Source of the DNA: Patescibacteria group bacterium
Lineage (GTDB): Bacteria > Patescibacteriota > Minisyncoccia > Minisyncoccales > UBA10102
Assembly (NCBI GenBank): GCA_038062375.1
Contig: JBBTXG010000002.1
Coordinates: forward strand, 1 to 60,736
Reading direction: 5' to 3'
DNA length: 60,736 nucleotides
In this document: positions 1-11,252 of the stretch, in pieces
How positions within the stretch are numbered: the first letter of the stretch is position 1
Layout of the letters: each line of letters opens with the position of its first letter
Notes under the pieces: generated by a model
What the model saw: only the letters and a program-made list of their open reading frames with translations
The model's database searches: none
Told to the model about the DNA's origin: nothing
Position numbers and translations under genes: made by a program

Positions 1-140
1 TTTGTAACCATAAGGGTATTTTAACTCCTCTTGGTTACGAAACGCACTAATTACCTTACTTTATTTTATATTCTTATCTTCGACTCACTTTTATTATACC
101 TCAAATTCAAGCCCCTGCATAGTGCGTCTATCAGAGCACA

Positions 141-170
141 AAAGGAAAACTCCCCTTGCGGGGAGCTTTC
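141..170 (-). terminator. Intrinsic terminator of groESL
   Basis: The minus strand reads GAAAGCTCCCC-GCAA-GGGGAGTTTTC followed by CTTTT, about 45 nt after the groEL stop. Confidence 0.8.
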
Positions 171-213
171 GAGTTTTTCTTTGCCTATTCTGCCTTTAGC
201 CAGCTTAGCTTGG

Positions 214-1857
<1,644 letters not shown>

Positions 1858-1875
1858 TTATTCCTTATTCCTTTG

Positions 1876-2169
1876 TTACTTCTCTAAAATCGCAAGGATG
1901 TCCTCCTCTTTTGCAATGAGGTATTCTTTATCGTCAATTTTCACCTCATTGGGACCATATTTGGTAAAGAGAACAAGATCCCCTGTCTTCACATCAAGGG
2001 GTACGACCTTTCCCTCATCTGTCTTTCTTCCAGGCCCCACGGCAATTATCTTGCCTTGTTCTGGCCTTTCTTTCTCTACGGTCTCTGGCAATAGAATCCC
2101 TGACTTTGTCTTTTCCTCTTGCCGGAGAGGTTCGATCACTACGTGATCTGAAAGTGGTTTGATATTCAT
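1876..2169 (-). CDS. groS: Co-chaperonin GroES
   Basis: MNIKPLSDHVVIEP...KTKSGILLP...GKIIAVGPG...EEDILAI. Start trimmed to the ATG at 2169, downstream of CIRCE. Confidence 0.98.
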   Translation of the reverse strand: MNIKPLSDHVVIEPLRQEEKTKSGILLPETVEKERPEQGKIIAVGPGRKTDEGKVVPLDVKTGDLVLFTKYGPNEVKIDDKEYLIAKEEDILAILEK

Positions 2170-2207
2170 TACTATTATATGGAAAATTGTGTTTAACAAT
2201 CGGACCT

Positions 2208-2234
2208 TTAGCAATCGAAGGGTTTGAGTGCTAA
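2208..2234. promoter_or_regulatory. CIRCE element (HrcA operator)
   Basis: TTAGCAATC-N9-GAGTGCTAA, one mismatch to the consensus TTAGCACTC-N9-GAGTGCTAA, directly upstream of groES. Confidence 0.93.
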
Positions 2235-2249
2235 TCCTTCTACTACTCT

Positions 2250-2277
2250 ATATTAGAGAAGCAAACATCCTTGTCAA
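2250..2277 (-). promoter_or_regulatory. Sigma-70-type promoter for groESL
   Basis: Minus-strand TTGACA (2277-2272), a 16-nt spacer, then TAATAT, upstream of CIRCE. Confidence 0.55.
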
Positions 2278-2284
2278 GAGCATG

Positions 2285-2309
2285 AACAAAACTGCGCTAT
2301 TCGCGCAGT
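2285..2309 (-). terminator. Putative secA terminator
   Basis: ACTGCGC-5 nt-GCGCAGT stem followed on the minus strand by TTTGTT, just after the secA stop. Confidence 0.55.
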
Positions 2310-2326
2310 ATAAACGTTGCCTTGGC

Positions 2327-4888
2327 CTATCGTCCGTGGCAACGTTTATATTTCTTCCCAGAACCGCAAGGACAAGGATCATTACGGCCTACCTTCACTG
2401 AAGCCATGGGAGATGAGTCCACTTTTGAATTATCAGCAATGCCTAAAGGCCCATTGGAAAAAACTCGGCGCTGGGGAACTGATCTTGCTTGTTGGGTTGC
2501 TATTTGAACTCGCATAATCGAGTTTGCAGTAAGTTCTTCGATTTTGTCGAGCAGCTCACGGAACATCCGATGGCCTTCATTTTTATATTCTACCAGAGGA
2601 TCTTGTTGGCCATACGCACGAAGCCCCACAGAATCGCGCAAATACTCCATATTCTCTAAGTGCTCAACCCATAGAGAATCGATCGCTCGCAGGCTGATAA
2701 TTTTTTCGGCTTGGCGCATATTCTCTTCTCCGAGTTCCTTCTCTTTCTTCTCATAGTCTTCTTCTGTATAACCAAATTTTTTGCATATCGTAAGTACATA
2801 AAATCTCATGCTCTTTGGGTCATTGGGATTTGCCCCGCCATCGAGCTGGGCATCCGGTTCAATGAGTAGATGAGATTTTTCTAAGATTTCTTTTCTCTTT
2901 CGATAGATTGTATCTCTGTGTTTATTGAGTACATCGTCGAACTCAAGCAGATGTTTCCTTGCGTCAAAGTTAAAACCTTCAATTCTTGATTGGGCAGATT
3001 CGATACCATTGGAAACTAACCTATTTTCAATAGGTTGATCTTCGGGAAGACGAAACCTATCCATCAATCCCTTAATTCGATCTCCCCCAAAAATACGAGC
3101 TAAATCATCCTCAAGCGAAATAAAAAACTGTGATGACCCCGGATCACCCTGCCTTCCCCCTCTTCCTCGAAGCTGATTATCAATTCTTCTTGCCTCGTGG
3201 CGTTCGGTTCCGAGCACATGCAATCCCCCGACTTCGCGAACCCTTCGACTTCGCTCAGGGTCATCCTCGGGGTTACCCCCGAGGATGATGTCAACCCCGC
3301 GACCTGCCATGTTTGTTGCAACAGTCACTGCACCGAATTTTCCTGCTTGAGCTATAATTTGAGCCTCCCTTTCATGGTTCTTTGCATTCAGAACCTCGTG
3401 AGGAATTCCTTCTCTCTCAAGCAGTATATGGAGATATTCATTTTTTTGAATGGAGACTGTTCCTACCAAGAGAGGTTGTCCTTTCTCGTGCCTTTCTTTG
3501 ATCTCTTTTACCACTGCATCGAACTTTGCTTTTTCGGTCTTGGAGATTCGATCTGAAAAATCCTGACGAATCATCGGCTTATTCGTAGGAATTACCGCTA
3601 CCTCTAACCCATAGACTTTATGAAACTCTTCTGCTGACGTGGCGGCAGTACCTGTCATGCCCGCTAACTTCTTATACATTCGAAAATAATTCTGAAAAGT
3701 AATGGAGGCTAGCGTGATGGATTCGGGTTGAACTTGTACCCCTTCTTTTGCTTCCAATGCCTGATGAAGTCCTCCTGAATACCTGCGGCCTGACAGTAAG
3801 CGCCCTGTAAATTCATCTACAATAATAACCTCTCCGTTTCGCACCACATAATCCTGATCTCGCTTGAACAACACTTGCGCTTTTAACGCCTGTTCTAAAT
3901 GGTGCACATACTTGATTCCTTTCTCCTGATAGATATCTTTGAGGTTAAGAAAATCCTCTACCTTATTGATGCCAGACTCTGTGATGCTGACTGCCTTTAA
4001 TTTTTCATCAACGGCATAATCAATTTCTTGCTCGAGTCGAGGAATAACTCTGGAAAATTCGACATACCATTGAGAACTCTCCTGATCGGGAGCAGAGATG
4101 ATAAGCGGAGTTCGCGCTTCATCGATAAGAATAGAATCCACTTCATCAATAATCGCAAAATGATGACCGCGCTGCACCTGATGCTCCAGGTCATAGGCCA
4201 TGTTGTCTCGGAGGTAGTCAAAACCAAATTCGTTGTTCGTGCCGTAGGTAATGTCGGCTGCGTATGCCTCCTTACGGCTACAAGGACGAAGATATGTTTC
4301 TTCTACCTTAAAACTTCCGAGAATGTCTCTTCTTGTATCGCGGTCCTGAATCGCGAATTTCGTAATTCTTGATTCTTGATTCTCGGTCGGTTGATAAGCC
4401 GGATCATACAAATAAGCCGCATCGTGCGCGATGCAACCCACGGACAATCCCAACACATGGTATATCTGCCCCATCCACACCGTGTCTCTTTTCGCAAGAT
4501 AATCGTTTACCGTAATAATATGTACTCCCTGTTCTCCGAGCACATTGAGATACGCAGGAAGGGTTGCCGCAAGAGTTTTTCCCTCCCCGGTTTTCATTTC
4601 CGCTATCTTTCCTTCGTGAAGCACAATTCCTCCCATGAGTTGTACATCAAAATGACGCTGGCCAAGCGTCCTTTTTGCTGCTTCTCTTACAAGTGCAAAT
4701 GCTTCGGGCAAAAGCTCATCGAGTAACTGTCCCCGCGCAAATCTTTCTTGTAACTCCAATGTTTTTTCTTTTAATTCGTGGGGCTGGAGGGTTTCAATGG
4801 AATGCTCGCGATTATTAATTTCTCCTACGATGCGCTGAAGGCGCGGGTAGTCTGCTGAAGTCCCAAGAATTTTTGTAAAAATACTCAT
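2327..4888 (-). CDS. secA: Preprotein translocase subunit SecA
   Basis: Motifs [37 protein letters not shown] and [10 protein letters not shown], plus C-terminal SEC-C motif [19 protein letters not shown]. Start set at the ATG at 4888. Confidence 0.98.
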   Translation of the reverse strand: MSIFTKILGTSADYPRLQRIVGEINNREHSIETLQPHELKEKTLELQERFARGQLLDELLPEAFALVREAAKRTLGQRHFDVQLMGGIVLHEGKIAEMKTGEGKTLAATLPAYLNVLGEQGVHIITVNDYLAKRDTVWMGQIYHVLGLSVGCIAHDAAYLYDPAYQPTENQESRITKFAIQDRDTRRDILGSFKVEETYLRPCSRKEAYAADITYGTNNEFGFDYLRDNMAYDLEHQVQRGHHFAIIDEVDSILIDEARTPLIISAPDQESSQWYVEFSRVIPRLEQEIDYAVDEKLKAVSITESGINKVEDFLNLKDIYQEKGIKYVHHLEQALKAQVLFKRDQDYVVRNGEVIIVDEFTGRLLSGRRYSGGLHQALEAKEGVQVQPESITLASITFQNYFRMYKKLAGMTGTAATSAEEFHKVYGLEVAVIPTNKPMIRQDFSDRISKTEKAKFDAVVKEIKERHEKGQPLLVGTVSIQKNEYLHILLEREGIPHEVLNAKNHEREAQIIAQAGKFGAVTVATNMAGRGVDIILGGNPEDDPERSRRVREVGGLHVLGTERHEARRIDNQLRGRGGRQGDPGSSQFFISLEDDLARIFGGDRIKGLMDRFRLPEDQPIENRLVSNGIESAQSRIEGFNFDARKHLLEFDDVLNKHRDTIYRKRKEILEKSHLLIEPDAQLDGGANPNDPKSMRFYVLTICKKFGYTEEDYEKKEKELGEENMRQAEKIISLRAIDSLWVEHLENMEYLRDSVGLRAYGQQDPLVEYKNEGHRMFRELLDKIEELTANSIMRVQIATQQARSVPQRRVFSNGPLGIADNSKVDSSPMASVKVGRNDPCPCGSGKKYKRCHGR
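3242..3288. repeat. REP-like unit plus 12-bp hairpin inside secA (encodes [14 protein letters not shown])
   Basis: CCTTCGACTTCGCTCAGG (3242-3259) lies next to a perfect hairpin TCATCCTCGGGG-ttac-CCCCGAGGATGA (3261-3288). Confidence 0.6.
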
Positions 4889-4939
4889 GGTTCGCCGCGA
4901 TTCCTTTTCTATCGCTTCTATCCTATCATTCCGAATCGA

Positions 4940-4974
4940 AAACACAACACCCCACCATCGCTGGTGGGGTGTTG
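4940..4974 (-). terminator. Strong intrinsic terminator upstream of secA
   Basis: Perfect 13-bp stem CAACACCCCACCA-tcgc-TGGTGGGGTGTTG followed on the minus strand by TGTTTT. Confidence 0.8.
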
Positions 4975-4987
4975 AAAGAGTATCAGA

Positions 4988-5014
4988 TTATCTCTTCTTT
5001 TTTTTCTTTGGCAT
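4988..5014 (-). CDS. Putative tiny basic peptide MPKKKKKR (20 aa if started at ATG 5050)
   Basis: ATG CCA AAG AAA AAA AAG AAG AGA TAA, ending 13 nt before the strong terminator. Confidence 0.3.
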   Translation of the reverse strand: MPKKKKKR

Positions 5015-5146
5015 TTGCTTGAGAAATTCGATTTTGAAATTATTGTACATTGGCTGCAGATAGCATCGACTTTACAAATTTTTGCTATCTCCAACAAATC
5101 ATTATTTTATTTTTTCATTCTCCATAACCAATGTCAATGTGGAAAA

Positions 5147-6100
5147 CTACTGTACGTACTCTATTTCAGATTCTAACCCAATAAAAAATTTTTTTTGAAT
5201 GATTTCTTTTACTTTTCTTATCAAAAAAAGAACATCGCGAGAACTTGCGTTTCCCAGATTCACCATATAATTTGGATGCTTCTCTGAAACCTGTGCATTG
5301 CCTTCACGCAATCCCTTGAGTCCTGCCTCCGAAATAAGATATGCGGCGGGTACCACAGGAAATGGATCATTCTTTACGACGTGTTCGATGAATTTTCTAA
5401 GCGCAGCTGGAAATTTTTCGTATTCGTAATTTTTAAAAATGCTTCCTGCATTTGGGTATTCCAAAGGATGTCGGGATTTCCGATAGAGAATGTGGTCTTG
5501 CGCAATCGATTGGATTTTCTCTCGATCCCCTTTCTCGAGCCGAAAATGTGCGGATAGCACAATCCATCCTTCTTCTTTCAATCGAGAAGATCGATAGGAA
5601 AATTGGCATTCTTCTTTTGAAAAAACTTTGAGCTCCCCCTTCCCATCAAGCGCTTCTACGTCAAGGACGTTATCTTTTGTTTCTGATCCAAAAGCTCCTG
5701 CGTTCCCTCGAATAGCCCCTCCGACTGTCCCTGGCAATCCTCCTGCCCATTCAAAACCAACAAGCCCTTTTCTTGCCGTTTCTTCCACAAGCGTAGCTAT
5801 CGAAACACCAGCTTCTGCATGCAACATCGAATCACGAATCTCAAATTTCGAATTTTGAATGTGGATCACCAATCCATCAAATCCCTCATCGCAGATAAGA
5901 AGATTGCTTCCTCCTCCCAAAACGAAAAAGGGGATCTCCAGTTCCCTTGCTCCATGGATTGCTCCAATGATCTCTTCCTTACTCCTCGCAACAAAAAAAT
6001 ATCTCGCAGGACCTCCGATGCGAAATGTTGTATATTCTTTGAGAGATACCCCAAATTGAATACCCGGAAGTTTTTCCTTGAGTAAGTTTTCCTTCTCCAC
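5147..6100 (-). CDS. murB: UDP-N-acetylmuramate dehydrogenase (UDP-N-acetylenolpyruvoylglucosamine reductase)
   Basis: Motifs TTFRIGGPA, LGGGSNLL, GLPGTVGGAIRGNAGAFG, PNAGSIFKN and VSEKHPN. GTG start at 6100 preceded by AGGAGG. Confidence 0.96.
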   Translation of the reverse strand: MEKENLLKEKLPGIQFGVSLKEYTTFRIGGPARYFFVARSKEEIIGAIHGARELEIPFFVLGGGSNLLICDEGFDGLVIHIQNSKFEIRDSMLHAEAGVSIATLVEETARKGLVGFEWAGGLPGTVGGAIRGNAGAFGSETKDNVLDVEALDGKGELKVFSKEECQFSYRSSRLKEEGWIVLSAHFRLEKGDREKIQSIAQDHILYRKSRHPLEYPNAGSIFKNYEYEKFPAALRKFIEHVVKNDPFPVVPAAYLISEAGLKGLREGNAQVSEKHPNYMVNLGNASSRDVLFLIRKVKEIIQKKFFIGLESEIEYVQ

Positions 6101-6222
6101 TTGGGTCCAACCTCCTCTCAACGTGAAGATTCGACCCAAGGGATCGAGGGCGTAAACTCCAATAAGTAAGACTTTATGAGTGCTGCCCCTCGATCCAATT
6201 TCCATCGTACAAGTTGTAGGGT

Positions 6223-6260
6223 AAAAAAGCAACAAACCCCGCTCGAGTGGGGTCTGCTGC
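6223..6260 (-). terminator. Intrinsic terminator after the metallopeptidase gene
   Basis: Minus strand GCAGCAGACCCCAC-TCGA-GCGGGGTTTGTTGC followed by TTTTTT. Confidence 0.75.
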
Positions 6261-6307
6261 CGTCTTACTGGGAGGCCGAGCACATACATGCTACAGCACT
6301 CATGATT

Positions 6308-8098
6308 CTATTGTACTCCTTGTAACAGAATTGTCAACCCCCGCAATGCATTTATCTTCTTTCTCGTAAGAGACCCCACAAATCCGGTACCCTTCTGCAT
6401 CCCAAGCGGAGCTAAAATCTCTGACGCATATTTCTCCTGGAATCTAATCGCCGCGGCATGGGTGAGTTCAAAGAAGTTGCCCGTAACTAATCTTTCCGGA
6501 TAAATCTCTGTGCCTTGAGACGCAAAAAATTCCTGAAGACATCGTATGTTCTCGTCATCTTGCAATCCGAAAAATAAATCTCTGGCGAATGCGGCGCACC
6601 TACGTGGTTGCTTGCCTTGAGCTACTAGCGCAACTTGGGCTTGGAGTCTCATGACTTCTCTCTTCAAAATCTCTATCTGTTTAGCTAACTCTCCAATGAG
6701 CTTGGCGCGATTGTCTTGGCTCACGCGCTCTTTCCTGTTTGTTTCTTCCTCCCTTTTCTCCAATTCTTCGTTCGTGGTAGCGGCTGTCCAAGAAAAAAGG
6801 TAAGAAGGTTCGGAAGAATCGAAGTTGGGGTTCTCGTTTTGAATAGAGGGAAGGATGACAACAGCAGTGTTCGTAGCCCCGAACTCCTCTACTCGTATCT
6901 TTCCTTTTTGAGTTTTCGTGAGGTCGAAAAAACCAATATCGTACGCTCCCGAATTCTTCTGGATAAGATAAGGCACTTGAAAGCGTACGATGGGATTACC
7001 CTCAAAGGTGATCTCCAAAGCGCCTTTTCCTCCGCTTATCTTATGCCAATTTCCCGCCCAGTTTTTCGTTGGATTTGTTACGGTCAGTTGACTTTCACCA
7101 AACGGCAAAAGGAAACTCGTGAAAGGAAGAATGCGAAGGTTCTGGAGATGTTCGTCTTTGAAACAGTATCGTTCTCCGTAGGAACAATCATTCAGAAATA
7201 CTGCAACCGTCCAATTGGTAAATACTTGAGAAAAGTTCTCTTTCCGCTCACGTTTGGCAAATACCTCGTTGAATGTCGCAATTCCAGCCTTTGGAACTTT
7301 TAGCATCTCAACAAAAGTCTCTGTGCCGTAATGATCAATGAGGTAGCGAAAGAATACGCTCACCACCCCATAATCTTCAGGTAACCCTTTCCATTCGGTC
7401 AACGAATTTCTCGGATTCCCAATAAAATCTTTGATTCTTTTGGAAAAATAGCTTTCTTCAAACTCCTTTTCATACCCCACAAACCACGGAGCCAATTCTG
7501 CAAATCCCTCTTGCATCCATATTTCATCGGAGATGCCTCGGATTCGCTCTTTCTGATTGAAATAAATAAGGTGCATAAACTCGTGCGCAAGGTAATTTTT
7601 TGCCAAAGGAGTTCCAATGGCATCGCTCCCAAGATACACCATTTCCCTCTCGTTGGATCTTGGCGCTTGAAGCTTTGGGTAGCCATCAGCAGTGTTAAAA
7701 TATCCTTTGGCGCCTTGCTTCATTCGATGAATGAGCACCGTGATATGAGCGTCTTTATCAACTCCTGGTCTGTTTTCTGATCCAAAAATCTTCGTAAGAG
7801 TTGGGTAAATCTCTTGCTGAAAATGGACACCTAATCGCCCGAGCGCTTCGCCAACCTCCTGCTTTCCCTCCGGAGGCAATGAATTCCACCACTCATCTTC
7901 AATATAAAAATATAAATCGTCCGTAATGACCTGGAGGGAAGCTGCCACCATACTTCTTTTCTGAAAGTCGAATTCAGGATCAACCAAGAATACGACTCGC
8001 TGGGAAAGCACATCAGCAAAAACAAAAGCCGGCAAAAAGAGAATTGCTAATCCCATCAATGGAATTGTGCTTTTGATGTTCTTCATAATCCTTCTCAT
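6308..8098 (-). CDS. Secreted zinc metallopeptidase (HEXXH, M30/hyicolysin-like) with C-terminal peptidoglycan-binding-like domain
   Basis: Signal peptide; LAHEFMHLI followed by WMQEGFAE; coiled coil; C-terminal FQEKYASEILAPLG..GTGFVGSLTRKKIN. Confidence 0.75.
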   Translation of the reverse strand: MRRIMKNIKSTIPLMGLAILFLPAFVFADVLSQRVVFLVDPEFDFQKRSMVAASLQVITDDLYFYIEDEWWNSLPPEGKQEVGEALGRLGVHFQQEIYPTLTKIFGSENRPGVDKDAHITVLIHRMKQGAKGYFNTADGYPKLQAPRSNEREMVYLGSDAIGTPLAKNYLAHEFMHLIYFNQKERIRGISDEIWMQEGFAELAPWFVGYEKEFEESYFSKRIKDFIGNPRNSLTEWKGLPEDYGVVSVFFRYLIDHYGTETFVEMLKVPKAGIATFNEVFAKRERKENFSQVFTNWTVAVFLNDCSYGERYCFKDEHLQNLRILPFTSFLLPFGESQLTVTNPTKNWAGNWHKISGGKGALEITFEGNPIVRFQVPYLIQKNSGAYDIGFFDLTKTQKGKIRVEEFGATNTAVVILPSIQNENPNFDSSEPSYLFSWTAATTNEELEKREEETNRKERVSQDNRAKLIGELAKQIEILKREVMRLQAQVALVAQGKQPRRCAAFARDLFFGLQDDENIRCLQEFFASQGTEIYPERLVTGNFFELTHAAAIRFQEKYASEILAPLGMQKGTGFVGSLTRKKINALRGLTILLQGVQ

Positions 8099-9966
8099 TG
8101 AGTATGATACGATGGCACAAGCATTCGCAACGTCTCCCTAAGTACATCCCTATCGTTCCGATCGATTGCCTCCCGCAGCCTCCGTAATCCTTCTTCCAGA
8201 AGATGTTCCTCGCATAGGGAGAGTTCTGCCCTCAAGATCTTTTGATTCTGGGTAGCCACTGTTTGTTCGCTCGCAGAAAGAATATCTTCAAAAAATTTCT
8301 CGCCAATCCTTGGACCGGTGAACACAATAGGAATATCCTGATCTGGCTCAAGTCCAGAAAGCCGAATCATTTCTCTTGCCAAATCGACAATCTTGATGGG
8401 ATGACCCATATCTAAGACAAACACTTCTCCTCCCTTCCCCATCGCGCCTGCCTGCATCACCAACAAACATGCTTCCGAAGTACTCATAAAGTATCTCTTC
8501 ATTTCTGGATGTGTCACCGTGACAGGACCTCCTCTTTTTATTTGCTCTCGGAAAACCGGAATAACGCTCCCCCTACTATCCAATACGTTTCCGAATCTCA
8601 CGGATATAAAGCGAGTGTGATTTTTTTGATTCAACACCTGACAAATCATCTCGCCAACTCTTTTGGTCGCGCCCATAACCGACGTTGGGTCTACTGCTTT
8701 ATCAGTCGAGATAAACACGAATTTTTCGACCCCATATTCCATTGACGCTCCTGCAACTGCGAAGGTGCCAAAAATGTTATTTTTTACTGCCTCATCTGGA
8801 TGTTTTTCCATCAAGGGGACGTGCTTATACGCTGCCGCGTGAAATACAATGGAGGGATGAAAGTCTCGAAAGATTTGTTTCATTTTACTCTCGTCTCGAA
8901 CATCGGTAACAAAAGAGGAAAATGAAACATAGGGAAATTGCTGCAAAAATTCCTCTTCCATACGAAAAATTCCTGTTTCATCGTGATCAATCAGAAGAAG
9001 TTGAGACGGAAGGAATTGAGCTACCTGCCGGGAAAGTTCAGCTCCGATAGAGCCTGCGGCTCCGGTAATTGCAATCGTGCGGCCCGCAATACATTGTTTG
9101 ATGAGTTGAGTATCCAGGGAAATTGATTCTCTGCCGAGAAGATCTTCTACCTGAACCTCTCGCAGGTTTCCAATGGACACTTCCCCATTGAGGAGCTCCA
9201 CAAGCGAAGGAACAATTTTGATTTTTGTAATTCCTGCCTTTCTCCCCAATTCCACTGCCCTGCGAATAAGCCGAGATCCAGCCGATGGCAATGCGATAAT
9301 GATGCTTTCAATCTGGTAGGAGCTCGCGAGTTCCGGGATATCTTCAATGGTCTTCATGACTCTCACCCCATGGATCATACTTTCTATCTTGCTCACATCA
9401 TCATCTACAAACCCTACGGGAAAATAGAAGCGAGGAGAACTACTCAAAATGCTCTTTACGAGCTGTGCTCCCGCATCTCCTGCTCCTACGATAAGCGTCC
9501 GTTCTCCCTCGTGTGTATGTACCTCCAATTCTTTATACATTCTTTTTGCCAAACGTATTGCCCCCGTAAAGAAAAAAGTCAAAATAGAGCTGATAAATAG
9601 GGTGGATCGAGGGAATCCTTCAAATGCATAAGAATCTCTTGCCAGGTACAACAAAACTCCCATCAAAACAAACGTAAGCGTGAGAGCCCGAGCTAGAGAG
9701 AATAATTCGCTTACACCCACATAACCCCACGTAAAAGAATAGAGGCGTGACCAGAAAAAAATCGGTATACCCACCGCAACCATCAGGAGGATCACGCGTT
9801 CAATGAGAAGAATGTGTTGGGATGCAATTTGTCCTTCAAATCTCAACAGAAAAGAAAGCCACACTGCTGCTGCCATAGAGACAACATCTCCAACAACAAA
9901 GAAGCCCAGACGGCTCTGGGGCCATTTCTCAACGACTCTTTTGACAAGCTGCTCGAGGATCTTCAT
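8095..9966 (-). CDS. Membrane-bound UDP-GlcNAc 4,6-dehydratase (CapD/PglF/WbpM family)
   Basis: Four N-terminal TM segments, then LIVGAGDAG, TGAAGSIGAEL, FHAAAYKHVPLME, STDKAV and VRFGNVLDSRGSV. Confidence 0.95.
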   Translation of the reverse strand: MKILEQLVKRVVEKWPQSRLGFFVVGDVVSMAAAVWLSFLLRFEGQIASQHILLIERVILLMVAVGIPIFFWSRLYSFTWGYVGVSELFSLARALTLTFVLMGVLLYLARDSYAFEGFPRSTLFISSILTFFFTGAIRLAKRMYKELEVHTHEGERTLIVGAGDAGAQLVKSILSSSPRFYFPVGFVDDDVSKIESMIHGVRVMKTIEDIPELASSYQIESIIIALPSAGSRLIRRAVELGRKAGITKIKIVPSLVELLNGEVSIGNLREVQVEDLLGRESISLDTQLIKQCIAGRTIAITGAAGSIGAELSRQVAQFLPSQLLLIDHDETGIFRMEEEFLQQFPYVSFSSFVTDVRDESKMKQIFRDFHPSIVFHAAAYKHVPLMEKHPDEAVKNNIFGTFAVAGASMEYGVEKFVFISTDKAVDPTSVMGATKRVGEMICQVLNQKNHTRFISVRFGNVLDSRGSVIPVFREQIKRGGPVTVTHPEMKRYFMSTSEACLLVMQAGAMGKGGEVFVLDMGHPIKIVDLAREMIRLSGLEPDQDIPIVFTGPRIGEKFFEDILSASEQTVATQNQKILRAELSLCEEHLLEEGLRRLREAIDRNDRDVLRETLRMLVPSYHTQ

Positions 9967-10011
9967 AGAAGCGATGGTCTGCTATCGTAAAAATAAAAAT
10001 TTCTGCGCTCC

Positions 10012-11250
10012 CTAGAACGATAATGTTTTTGACCATTTGAGAAGTCTTTGAAAACCTTCTTGGATGTCTTCCGGGCTGCATCCGAAAGAAAATCGGAGAT
10101 GCCCCTGTCCCGTCGCCCCAAATGCAATTCCGGGAATCGTAATCACATGGGTTTCATAAAGAATCTTCAATGCAAACTCAAGAGAAGTCATGGGAATTTT
10201 ATATCTTGCAAAGACATAGTAGGCTCCTTGCGGTTTTTCGTACTCAAATAAATCCTTCAGTTCGTCTAACTTCTTGCATATCAGTTCTCTGTTGAAAGTC
10301 AACTTTTCTACGAATTCTCTCACCGAATCTTGCGTTCCTTTCAAGGCAGTAATCGCGGCTTCTTGAGAAATGGCTGGGGCACAGATCGCGAGGGCATCAT
10401 GCACTTTAAGGATATGATCCATAATTCCTGCTTGCGCAAGGCAATAGCCCACCCGATAGCCCGTGAGCGCGTATTTTTTAGAAAAACTCCCACAGAGAAT
10501 CACGCGGTCCCGTAACTCGACAAACGAAGCTGGAGAAATATGCTTTACTCCCTCATAGGTCAAAAAATCGTAGGTTTCGTCACTGATAATCATTACATCG
10601 TGTTCCTTCGCGATCTTTCCAAGTGCCGTCAAGTCTTCCTTGCTAAGCACCGTGCCCGTCGGGTTGCAAGGATGGGAAAATAAAATTGCTTTTGTCTTTG
10701 CGGTCATTTTCGCCTTGACAAGATTCGGATCAAACCTCCATGCTTCTTTCTCAACGAAAGGCACAAACACCGGAATTCCCCCGAACTCAAGAGTCTGCTC
10801 AATATGCGAGGGGAAGGCAGGAGAAAGAATCAAAATCTCATCTCCCTCATCAAGCACGGTTGCAAGTACGCAAGCCATCGCTTCCTGGCAGCCGGTACTT
10901 ACCATCACTTCTTTCTTTGCATCAATAGGTGCTATCTCTTTTCGCTGCTCAAGGTCTCTTGCGATGAGCTCTCGTAATTCGGTGATCCCTGGCTCTAACG
11001 TGTATCTGGCAGTACTCTTTTTCTCTAAAGCTTTTCGTATTCCTTCTTTGATATATCCGGGAGTATCAAAGTATGGAATCCCTTGACCAAAAGAGATGAT
11101 ATCACGAACCCCTTGCTCCTCTTGCAGTCGAGCAGCCAAAAGCGACATCTCTTTAATAGGAGACATCACCATGCGTTGCACCCGTTTTGAAATATTTTTC
11201 GTACGAAATTTATGCCCCAAGGCGGCAATCGCTGACCGTTGATTCCTCAT
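10012..11250 (-). CDS. PLP-dependent aminotransferase class I/II (AspAT-like)
   Basis: Motifs ISFGQGIP, PCNPTG, ISDETY and SFSKKYALTGYRVGY. Confidence 0.9.
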   Translation of the reverse strand: MRNQRSAIAALGHKFRTKNISKRVQRMVMSPIKEMSLLAARLQEEQGVRDIISFGQGIPYFDTPGYIKEGIRKALEKKSTARYTLEPGITELRELIARDLEQRKEIAPIDAKKEVMVSTGCQEAMACVLATVLDEGDEILILSPAFPSHIEQTLEFGGIPVFVPFVEKEAWRFDPNLVKAKMTAKTKAILFSHPCNPTGTVLSKEDLTALGKIAKEHDVMIISDETYDFLTYEGVKHISPASFVELRDRVILCGSFSKKYALTGYRVGYCLAQAGIMDHILKVHDALAICAPAISQEAAITALKGTQDSVREFVEKLTFNRELICKKLDELKDLFEYEKPQGAYYVFARYKIPMTSLEFALKILYETHVITIPGIAFGATGQGHLRFSFGCSPEDIQEGFQRLLKWSKTLSF

Positions 11251-11252
11251 AG

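Noticed and set aside
6101-6289. Long N-terminal extensions in the ORF track (murB; also GH57, groES, secA and the 33815 start)
   Set aside because: They run through terminators, palindromes or upstream genes; downstream starts with SD or ATGA overlaps fit better.
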